Assembly: GCA_951406725.2 (NCBI GenBank)
Contig: OX597819.1
Location: 112,034,001-112,098,000 of the forward strand
Source: Octopus vulgaris
Taxonomy: Eukaryota
Direction of reading: 5' to 3'
Length of the DNA stretch: 64,000 bases
Shown: positions 53,085-64,000 of the stretch, one piece after another
Position numbering within the stretch: position 1 is the first letter of the stretch
Layout of the letters: each line of letters starts with the position of its first letter
Notes under the pieces: model-generated
The model's database searches: none
Seen by the model: the letters and a program-made list of their open reading frames with translations, nothing else
What the model was told of the DNA's origin: nothing
Program-made: the position numbers and the translations under genes

Positions 53085-53511
53085 TATTCTTTGATTCTTT
53101 TACTTGTTTCAGAAATTTGATGGCAGCTATGCTGAAGCACTGCCTTGAAGGATTTTAATCAAACAAATCAACCCCAGGACTTATTTTTCAAGCCTGGTAT
53201 TTATTCTAATGGTCTCTTTTGCCAAGCCACTACGTTATGGGGACATAAACATACCAACACCGGTTGTCAAGTGATGGTGGGGGGGGGGACAAACACAGAA
53301 ACAAAGACACACACACGCATACAGATATAGACATAGATATATATACACAATGGCTTTTTCCCAGTTTCCATCTACTAAATCCACTTACAAGGCTTTGGTC
53401 AGCCCAAGGCTATAGTAGAAAACACTCGCCCAAGGTGCTACACAGTGGGACTGAACCTGGGACCATGTGGTTGGGAAGCAAGCTACTTACTACACAGCCA
53501 CACCAGCACCT
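53085..53511 (-). mobile_element. Older SINE family A copy (another at ~52275-52650)
   Basis: Colinear but more diverged. Confidence 0.8.
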
Positions 53512-53659
53512 AAGTATCAAAAATTGAACAGAAGCACAACAAAGGAACAAATGGAAAATTCACACACAAGACATGGACACACTCTTTCCTCATCATATAT
53601 TACATACATACATGTGTACATATATATTCACATATATAATCATCTATCTATCAATCCAT

Positions 53660-53695
<36 letters not shown>

Positions 53696-53834
53696 ATCTA
53701 TCTATCTATATAGATGTAGAAGAGCATAGGCTCGAAACGTAAAAGACTTTTTCTATTCCTGAGCGTTATACTAATACATCTGTTTGTTTTGTAAACCACC
53801 TGTCTTCGTTTTTTGCTTTTTTCATGAACCCTCC

Positions 53835-54240
<406 letters not shown>

Positions 54241-54995
54241 AGGTCCTGGTAGGGTACAGAGTTGGGGTATTTCCAGAGAAGCACTCAACCCAAGTTCTGG
54301 GCTATCAACACTGTCGGATTCCAGATATTTCCACACACACACACACACACGTCTATAAATGTACATATATAGTCCTCGGCTTCATCACTATTGTTGTTAA
54401 CATCCACTTTTCCATTCTGGCATGAGTGAGATGAAACATGTGGAAGGAGATGTTTCTATGACCAGATTCTTTTCCTCTACACACAGACATACTTCACAAT
54501 GTGCATGCACAAATACACACACACATGCAGAGTGGGGCAATCCTAGACCAGAGCTACCATAACAACTAAAGGGAGTGCATCAACTTCAGTAACAGAATAG
54601 CTAGGTATGGAGGTGGGACAGGCGGGCAAAAGGGGTGGGCGAATAGGAACAAACACATATACAATTTCTGCTGCATGTAATGCTGTTTAGAAAATAAATT
54701 AAACAGTAATATTTTCAATTAACTAAACAAAGAATAAAATTCTGGAAGAGAAAAAAGAAAACAACAAAACAACTAAGAGAGAGGTGGAGGGGGATTATTG
54801 CCTTGATATAGGAGCTGAATAAAAGAGCTTGGCTATTCTGTAGCATGTATAAATACATACGGATATAAACAAATATGTAAACACATGTATGTGTATATAA
54901 ATGTGTGTGCGTGTGCATGTCTGTGAATGTTTACATATATGTGTGTGTGTATGTAGGTCTACATATATATATACACACACATGTATGCATGTATG

Positions 54996-55048
<53 letters not shown>

Positions 55049-55134
55049 TAATTATTATTTGAGGGAATAAAATCCAAACTTACAGGGAAAAAAATTCAAT
55101 TTAGAAATACTAAATCAAATTTCACACAATATAA

Positions 55135-55439
55135 TATATATATATATAATTACAAAAAAAAAACACCTTTTATCAATTCAAAATGAACAATTTAATTACA
55201 CCATCTAGAAAATTACATATAATAGAAATATTAAAATTAAAATAACAATAAAATGTCAATGATTAAGAAAATTGCAAAAAAATAATAAAAACATATAATT
55301 GGAAGAATAACGTTTTTATTATTTTTTAGTCATTGACATTTTATTGTTATTTTAATTTTAATATTTCTATTATATGTAATTTTCTAGATGGTGTGATTTA
55401 ATTGTTCATTTTAAATTGATAAAAGGTGGTTTTTTTCTA

Positions 55440-55460
<21 letters not shown>
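55135..55460. repeat. Long AT-rich inverted repeat (fold-back), ~150-bp arms, ~19-bp spacer
   Basis: 55198-55262 is the exact reverse complement of ~55330-55394; pairing extends on both sides. Confidence 0.92.
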
Positions 55461-55476
<16 letters not shown>

Positions 55477-55585
55477 TGATTTGTTCATGTGACAATATAT
55501 CATATGGAGCAGGTTTTAAATATAAGAATGCACAGCTCAACATTTGCACCATGTATTGAGTATTAAACTTTTAAGTTGACTTTAA

Positions 55586-55807
55586 CCCTTGCGTTACCGT
55601 GTTCATTTTGAGATGCTCTGTGTTTCTTTTAATTAATTTAAAATATAACGAAGAATTTAGTAAAATAACTTAGTTATCATTAAGCTGGTATAAGGAACAT
55701 AAATTGTGACTAATGTTTGGTGGAAGATTTTCATTCAAAACTTATGAAAACAAGGCATTTGTACAATAGAACCAGAGGTGGTTTCACCCGGGTTTGTATT
55801 GAAAGGG
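55586..55807. mobile_element. piggyBac-type TTAA MITE, family 1
   Basis: TTAA flanks; colinear with 22125-22330. Confidence 0.88.
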
Positions 55808-55873
55808 TTAAGCTAACCAAATTCAACAAAGCAATTAAAATGTGTGTATGTCTGTATGTGTGTATGTATGTGT

Positions 55874-55920
<47 letters not shown>

Positions 55921-56169
55921 CAAGATAATCTCTCTCTCTCAATATATATATACATATATAAATATACATATATATATACATATATGTAATCTATATATAT
56001 ATATAGATATAATCTATATATCTATCTATCTATATACATATATATATATACACATAGAGAGAGAGGTGTATATATACACATATATATATATATAGGTATA
56101 TAAAGAGAGAGAGAGATATACACACACACACAAGTATATATATACACACATAGACATGTACATATATAT

Positions 56170-56800
56170 TTCTTGAAACATCTTTTAATGAATCTTGGTT
56201 TTGTAGAAACACAATGTGGCCTATGTTAAAATGGATATAAAATTGTGTGAAAAACCAAGGGGCTATACCTTTCAATAGAAGCTGTATACTGATCAAAGAC
56301 AACTTGTATCCCATGAGATTTTCAGAATGGTTTGCCTAACAAAAAATTACCTTGAATTTTTTTAGTAGTGCAGCTGACCTAATGATGGACCATGTCTCAT
56401 GCAGCCCACTTCTTAGAAAAGGATGTCCATTCTTGTATACCAAGCAACCATTTCACACCTGGACAGCATCAAAAGGAATTATATATGTCCAACAGTAAAT
56501 AAGCCTCTGCTGCTGCTGTTTTCAACATATCTACTCTTTTAGATCAAGGAACAGGCAAAACTTTAATTCCTTGTCATAATTCATTTGCAAACTGAGTGAC
56601 CAGAGAATGACATGGCCACCAGTAACCTAAAATAATCATCAACAATAGCAAACCATACTTTATCAGGAATACAAAGCTGTAGATTTTGTATAACTGAGAA
56701 ATTCCAGATTCTCAGGCAACCTATAATATCCTTTGACTGGAAATTAGAAATATCATCTTATTGTTGCCTCTGATAGAAATTTTTCCTGGAAAATTATTAA
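56170..56800 (+). mobile_element. Degenerate Penelope-like element, GIY-YIG region
   Basis: ILVYQATISHLDSIKRNYICPT (VYQA..YIG.T) and KIIINNSKPYF..CRFCITEKFQIL (W.I...PY...C.LC..EK..I). Confidence 0.55.
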
Positions 56801-57613
56801 CTCCTAGAAATCGTCTTTAAAAGGCATTCAGCCTTGCAGAGTAAGAACCTTAAAAGACAACAAACCTGCATTGGCTCCCATTAAAATAATACAAAAATCC
56901 ATGGGCAAAGGCTTTGCAGACCACAAGACTAACCAATGATCAGCATTAACCATTGACAAATGACCATACAAGAGCATCCAATAACTTCCATTGTCTTTCA
57001 TAATCCTCCAAATTTATCTGAAAGATTAGTCATGAACCTCACACATTTTGCACTAAATATAAATCTATCTAATAAATTGAATTCTCTTTCCTTCCATTGA
57101 TGCATATATGTTTAGTTATATATATCCATATATGTATGTGTGTATATTTATACTTGCATGTATGTATGTATGTATATATATATATGTGTGTGTGCGCATA
57201 TACATTTGTGAATGTGTGTGTGCATATACATTTATGAATGTGTGTGCATTTGAATTTAGAAACAAGGGGAAAAGTACTCAGAACAGAAGTGGGGTGTAAT
57301 TATTTATTGTAGCACAGAGCTTACACCCTGTCGCTACTGTGGACTTAGCAATTATGCTCATTGATCTCATATGGGTGCGTCTATGCACACACACAGCATG
57401 TATATATGTTATGTATGTATGCATATATGTATGTATACATATATGTATCAATGTATACATACATGTACATATAATATATAAAAAGAAGACATAGAAAGAA
57501 TAGCAAAATGTAAAATGACCAAAAAAAAAAATGTCAAACTCACATACAATGTATTCATAACAAAATAATAAAACTATTACAGTAATTATTATTATTATCA
57601 TACTCAAGCTTAC

Positions 57614-59614
57614 CTTGCTGAAACAATGGGTTTCCGTGGCGCATGGCCTGGAGGCTTAGGACTGAAGCTTGTTCCTTGTTCAGAAGAAGCCAGAGGTTTT
57701 AAGGCATTGCTACCAGAACAATCAACAGCTTGTTCATACGAACTGGTCATTGCTAATTTTTGACTGTTTTTAGTCCGAGATCTACTAATTCGTGATTCTG
57801 ATGTAGAGCGTTGCCTACTACCACCTATTCGGAAATGTTTCCTGCTACACATGTCCTCTGTATAGCCACTATGAGGATCGGCCAAAGAGGCGTAATCCTC
57901 GTTGTTCCTAAAGGGACCCTGCTGTGAAGTAAGAGTTACGCTGGCTTCCCCAGGTGACAAAACATAATTCCCATCGGGATCGAGAGCCAGATCTGGCCTG
58001 GACCCTAGAGAACTGACACTAATATTATCCAGAGCTTTGTCATCTTTCGTTAGACTTAGTAAAAATCTTGACACAGCACAGTCTGAGTGGTCACTTAAAC
58101 CGACATCACTATCTCCTCGTTTGTGGTGCTTGGGGCTAGACTTAACAGTAAGTTGTGCTAAGGGGGGCTTCCCAAGTACACCCCCCTTTGATTGTGAACC
58201 AGATTTCTTATCGGATAGACTGCTGCGAACCTTTAAAAAGCGCCTTGTAGCGCTGAACGGATGCTTTAGTGGTGACCCTATCAAATTCCCAATATCTTTC
58301 ACAAGTTTTTCAGGCATTTTACTAGGGCTTGATGGAGTAAATTGGACATTTCCATCAGGAATGGTAAACGATCGGGGAATACTTCGAAGTGCGTGCTCTG
58401 AAGAGTCCTCTGGAAAAGAAAATTTGGATTCCTCCCAGTTAATTGCATTCACATCTTTATTTTTCACAGCAGCCGATGCATCTACTGCATTGGTGTCAAC
58501 AGCTTCGTCTGAGCAGGCTAAAATGTTGAACGCGTCTTTGCCATCGTCCAATAATGTCATTGAGTTCCTATTTGCGCTGTCTGGCCGGATGGATACTTCA
58601 TCCGCTAGCGTGTTCTGGTGAGAATATTTTACTTTATCACGTACTTTCACTAATTTACTATCAACGCTTGGTCCTCGGGTGTCATTACCATGTTCGCTGT
58701 CGTGATCGTGGTCGTGTTCATCTTCGGAGCTTGAACCAAATGCAGATATTCCAATCCAGTGACTTATTACGGTATAAGGGGCAGCCTTTGTGGCAAATTC
58801 ATCATTGAATGCGTTTGTAGCATCCATATGGGTTTGAGTTTTGTCATCTCCCTGAGTTGGTGCTCCACTAACTGTGAGAATCTGCTGTGGGTTGACTGGG
58901 TTTGTATGCTCAGTTATGTTGCACATGTGCTCCGCTTTTGAGTTCTTCTCGAAGTGATTTTGAGTATTGTCTTTCTCGGGACTCTCGACAGGGGTCTTGG
59001 TACCTGATGTTACTTTTGGTTCAATAGCACCATGAGATTTTGGACTATGGGATAATTTTATGAGAGTCTCGCCATTCTTTTCCTCGCCACTTTCTTTAGT
59101 ACCTTTGCTGCTCACTGCACCTTTGCTGCCCCGATCCTCCTCAACAGCCTGCACATCCTTGTCCTCGCCCAGTTCCTTCTTCTCTGATGTGCTCTTGACG
59201 CAATCGCATTTACTGCAGCCGGGATCGTCGGGTGTTGGCTTGAGAATATGGCGCAGCTGATTGTCGAGAACAGCAAGGTCAGACGAAGACTTTTGACCCC
59301 CAGCAATAGAGAGCTGAGCCTTGTCAGCTTTTAGAATCTCGGCTTTGTCCACAATCATTTCTTTGCTTCCTTGCTCAGATCGGCACTTCCATTCATCCTT
59401 CTCGAGTTGCTCCAACTGTTTCTTCTGGCACATTCTTTCTTTCTGTTCTTCACGAAGTCGATTATCCATCTCACTTTTGTACATGTGGTTGTCAATAATC
59501 AGATCGATGTTTCCTTTCTTCGTGTCAGCATGGTCCTCTTCTTGGTTATAGCTGAAGTTTTCATCCATCACGTCTGTGGCACCATGACCTGGAGTATGTG
59601 GTCCATGAAGGTGG
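57614..59614 (-). CDS. Large internal coding exon (2001 nt, ~667 codons) of an unidentified gene; mostly disordered Ser/Asp/Lys-rich sequence with a short coiled-coil-like stretch
   Basis: 653-aa ORF with higher GC than its surroundings. It extends without stops to a strong acceptor (long poly-T tract ...ATTATTGCAG|C at 59615), adding HLHGPHTPGHGATD. It ends at donor AAG|GTAAGC (57613), so the track's TAA stop is intronic. Phase 2 at both ends. Confidence 0.9.
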
Positions 59615-59907
59615 CTGCAATAATTTGTAAAAAGAAAAAAAAAAAAAAGAAAAGAAAATAATTAATAAATTTGTTAATCAATTAAGCAACAACAAAGTAA
59701 TTGTCAATTACATAACAACAAAGCAAATAAGTCAATATAGAAGAGGACAATCATTGCAAAGTTGACTAGATTGAGTCTCACTACAATCTATGGCAAAGAC
59801 ATCTAACACTCAACAACCTACTCTATTCCATTTAGCTGTAAAAGTAGAGCTAAGTGCCTAAATAATGGTGTAACTCATTGCTGGCAGCAGCAGTAGCACT
59901 GTAATGC

Positions 59908-60291
59908 TTATTTCTTTACTACCCACAAGGGGCTAAACACAGAAGGGACAAACATTGACCCCAGTGTGTAACTGGTACTTATTTAATCGACCCCGAAAGG
60001 ATGAAAAGCAAAGTCGACCTTGGCAGAATTTAAACTCAGAACGTAGCAGCAGACGAAATACCTATTTCTTTATTACCCACAAGGGGCTAAACACAGAGGG
60101 GACAAACAAGGACAGACATAGGTATTAAGTCAATAACATCGACCCCAGTGCGTAACTGGTACTTAATTTATCGACCCCGAAAGGATGAAAGGCAAAGTCG
60201 ACCTCGGCGGAATTTGAACTCACAACGTAACGCAGACGAAATACCGCTGAGCATTTCACCCGGCATGCTAACAATTCTGCCACCTCGCCGC
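59908..60291 (-). mobile_element. SINE family B partial tandem dimer
   Basis: Same two-unit layout and junction as 42902-43318. Confidence 0.88.
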
Positions 60292-60591
60292 TGACTGTTT
60301 CATTAGCTCAAACTGTTAGGGAAAAAATAAACTGCTTCCTTCAAGAAAAAATCAGGTTGGGTATTGAACTGGCAAAACAACTCCAAAAAATACATAACAA
60401 TTTGCGTAAACCTATGTGCACTGCAAGTAGTAATAATTTATAATGATTTTTCCTGATTTCGGCACAAGACTAGCAGTTTTGTGGGCAAGGAGGTCAGATG
60501 ATACCGTTGACCCTAATGTATTTTATCAACTCAGGAAGGATTAAAGGCAAAATTGACCTAAGCAGGACTTGAATTCAGAGTGGAATATATG

Positions 60592-60812
60592 CAAAGGGAT
60601 GCTGAAAAGATGTTTTGGGTAAAAGATTATACAGGAGGATCTGTTAATTGTGATTTTATTCAACATATTTTCCTCTCAGATTCACACACTTGTTGAAGTG
60701 GGGCTTCAGTTTTTCTGAGCCCTGTAAAAAAAACAAAAAACTCAGAAGGTTAGGCCCACAACCAGGCTATTTGTTATACCCTTACAGCCAGGAACTTTTC
60801 AGCATTCCCTCG
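60592..60812 (-). mobile_element. Mariner-derived MITE, uninterrupted copy
   Basis: TIR-like GGGATGCTGAAAAG / CTTTTCAGCATTCCCTCG|TA; minus strand retains mariner C-terminal KCVNLRGKYVE*. Confidence 0.75.
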
Positions 60813-60903
60813 TATCGCAAGGCATTTCATTCAATACTCTGACAATTCTTCCAGCTCAACATAATGATAATAATAATAATAATAATAATAATTATTAGTA
60901 TTA

Positions 60904-60934
<31 letters not shown>

Positions 60935-61154
60935 TATTATTATTAAGATGACAAGCTGGCAGAATTGTTAGCATGTGGAGCTAAATGCTCAGCAGCATTT
61001 CATCCGTCTTCACATTCGGAGTTCAAATTCTGCCAAGGCTGACTTTGCCTTTCATCCTTTCAGGGTCAATAAAATAAGTACCAGTTGAGTACTGGGGTTG
61101 ATGTAATCGACTATACCCCTCCCTTAAATTGCCAACCTTGTGCCTACAATAAAA

Positions 61155-61187
<33 letters not shown>

Positions 61188-61849
61188 GCTATTATTATTA
61201 TATAGATTTCTTACATAGTCTCAATGGTGTACTTGACTGGTACATAATTTATCAATCCCCGAAGAGCAGAAGTCAAAGATGATGTCAATGGAACTTAGAA
61301 CATAACACCACAAGGCATTTTGTGCAGTTCTTTATGGATACTATCTACTTAATTCTAATAATGTCTGCCAAAAATGGGAAAACATGAACAGTGGAGGATG
61401 TTGTAAGTATTTGTCAAAATGTTCACCAGATTGAACTCTGCTAAAATACACAAGGACCAGATCTTAGCATGGAACCAGGCAGTGTGTTTGTCCATCTATG
61501 TAACTGTGAAATTCAGCTGGCTGTGCTACTGATTACTGACCTTGTGACTATAAGTTCAAACATTAAAATTACAGCAAGCACTGGGTTGTGTGTAACAGAT
61601 GCAAGCTACATAACTCTTCATGTCTCAGACTGTACTGATTAACAAAAGGGCTCCATCCCCTATTTTACAAATGTGTTGTTAAAGATTACAATGATTGACC
61701 TCGTGTTAAATCAATTGTATTGCTTATACAAATATACAAAATAAAGAAATATCTTTTAAAATCACAACTGTCTTCCTTCCACCTCTACTGGTGAAAAGGA
61801 AACCAATAAACAAAGAAAATTAAACTGTGCTGAGAATATAATATATATA

Positions 61850-62870
61850 CAGGTTGTCGCAAAAATGTATACATAGTTTAACAGTTGATAACTCACTAAA
61901 TTTTCAAGTATTTTTAGACACTTAAAATCTATTAAGAATAATGAAGAGAGTCGGGATAAGCTTTGAACAAAGGAAATTTGAAAATACTGGAAGTTTGAAA
62001 ATACAGCTGATGTGTAGAAATAATTTAGGAGGAGGGAGTATCAAAGAAATCCACCCATGTGACTTATCATTTGAATTAGAGATAAATCTGAAGCTGACAG
62101 AACTATTAAAAATGTCCACAAGAAGTATTCCAGAAAATGAGTCCCACAAAGCAAGAATGAATACTAGAAATGTATTGCTAAAGTTGAAGAAAATCTGTGC
62201 AACAAGCAATTCATGAGGAATCTCAAAATAAAGCATTTCAAAGTACAGGGTGGCATCCAAAAGTTTTGTTACCCCTAACGAAAAAGCAATGAGAACAATA
62301 GATGAAGTAGCCCAAAGCATGAATTGGATTTAGTTTATTCCCTTTCATTGACGCTGTCACACATTGAGGAGGTCTGTATGAACACCATCATTTTCATGGC
62401 ACAAAATGATGCGGTGCCATGTCCTGTGTGATATTTTTGAAACTGTGCTTTGGTGATTGGTGTAAAGGCTCTCCAAACAGTGTCCATTAACTGATGGGTA
62501 TTCTGGTATCATTCATGTGAAACTCTCTCCTTGATAATGCCTCACAGAGTGTTATTGCAAGACGTGAGGTTTGGACTTGTGGGAGGTCAATCAACAGGTG
62601 CTGGAAGTTGTTGCGATCCTCACCCTATCCATCTGTTCTGAAAAACTTCATTTAGGTATTTGCGGACAGTGATAGCATAGTAGGGCGAGGGACTGTCTTG
62701 ATGAAACCAACAATAATTCAGGTCAACATTTAACCTCTGGAGCTGTGGAACAAATCACTCCCTAAACAAGGTCAAGTAATAGTGTTGGTTAACAGTGTCA
62801 TCAAAGAAATAGGGTCCTATCAGGTGCTTACTCGATATAGCAGATCAAAGCATTACATGTGTATGTGTGT
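61850..62870 (-). mobile_element. rosa/Visitor-like Tc1/mariner relic (3' half plus TIR)
   Basis: LIGPYFFDDTVN..YL / WFHQDSPSPYYAITVRKYLNEVFQNRWIG*GSQQLPAPVD*PPTSPNLTSCNNTL*GIIK; TA|CAGGTTGTC terminus. Confidence 0.8.
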
Positions 62871-62929
62871 GGGGAGTGCTAAAACAAAAAATAATGATAA
62901 CAATGACAATAATATGTAGGGGAGCAACA

Positions 62930-63743
62930 AGACTTTCGGACCATCCTGTACTGTGACTGAAAAGTTACATTCCAAGAATTGTCCATGATCTCAATGAAGA
63001 TTATCCAGACAAAAGTGTGGAGTTTTGCAAGTGGTACTTGGGAAGATGCATAGAAAATGCATTGTTTACAACAAAGATTGGAGTAACAAAGCTACATTTA
63101 AATCAAATGGCTCAATTTGCTTCCGCATTTACATCTATAAGGGACCTGAGAATATGTTTATTATTGAAGTCATCATATTGATTTACCAGGAGTAACACTA
63201 TGGTGCAGTTTATGATCGAAAGGAATAATTGTCCTGCTCTTTTTTGACAGTACTGTGAATGGCCCTATTTACTTGAACTTGCAGCGACAATCTGTCAGGC
63301 CAAGCATTCAAAAGGACTTTGAAGATGCAGAGTCTTATTTCCAGCAAGATAAGGCACCTCCAGACTACCCATAGTAAGAACCTACTTTGATGAGATTTTG
63401 CCAAACAAGTGGACTGGATAAAGATGTTGAACAGAAAACCCTCCAATTCACCAGAACTCACATCACTAGATTCTTATACAATAAATTTTATGGTATAAAA
63501 AAAGACAACAGTTGACAAACTGAAGGCAGCCATTGATCGAGAACATGCAGAAATACTGAATAAAGTGTTTCTAGGTGCTTGTGATTCCATTGCTTCACAT
63601 TATCAGTAGTGACTGGTCCAGCATTCATTAAAAAAAATTAAATTGTGTCTGTAGACTCTATTAAATCTTGAAAATGAAATATATTTTAATAAGCACTGAT
63701 TTTATAATCACTCAATGTGTAATCATTTTCAGAGGACACCCTG
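62930..63743 (+). mobile_element. Second rosa-like (DD41D-type) relic
   Basis: [23 protein letters not shown]...[11 protein letters not shown]...YFQQDKAPP...LTSLDSY; terminus GACACCCTG|TA. Confidence 0.8.
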
Positions 63744-64000
63744 TATATATATTCTCTCATGTACAATATAAAGGTTTGATCTTGGGTTGTTACACCATCA
63801 TGCTAATTTGAAAAGCACCAAGCATCCAATTCTCTCTTCTCTCTCTTTCTCTGTATTTCATTTTCTCTCTCTCTCCTTATGTCTGTCTTTGAATACCAGC
63901 TTTACAATTGCTATCAGGTAACTGAAGAAAGGAACATTGAGTATCTTTCTCAGACCACACCATAGCACAAAGGTGTGGGCTGATGACAACTGATAACAAC

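Noticed and set aside
58037-59661. Plus-strand ORFs overlapping the large exon
   Set aside because: Antisense shadows of the real coding frame.
61922-62320. 132-aa and 91-aa ORFs
   Set aside because: They lie in the 3' non-coding part of a transposon relic, with no recognisable motif or splice signals.

Overview
AT-rich, microsatellite-dense eukaryotic (animal) DNA. The repeat inventory looks like an octopus genome, which is my inference from the tRNA-derived SINE families, RTE LINEs and very long TA/AG/AAT tracts. Almost all of the window appears to be intron of one minus-strand gene that I cannot name. Two coding exons are supportable: a 2001-nt phase-2/phase-2 exon (59614->57614) and a 199-nt exon (11603->11405), which join in frame across about 46 kb. 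The rest is a dense set of decayed mobile elements: at least four SINE families; RTE, CR1/Jockey-group, R4/Dong-like, CRE-like and Penelope-like retroelement fragments; mariner, maT (DD37D) and rosa-like Tc1/mariner relics; TTAA (piggyBac-type) and hAT MITEs; and Helitrons. The most interesting points are a Helitron nested in a mariner MITE with its empty site elsewhere in the window, a rosa-like transposase with an apparent D-46-D spacing, a hammerhead ribozyme remnant, recurrent SINE partial dimers with an identical palindromic junction, and long intronic hairpins. There is no prokaryotic-type system (CRISPR, operon). Nearly all short ORFs in the track are microsatellite or repeat artefacts. 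All family assignments come from motif recognition by eye, not from database searches.
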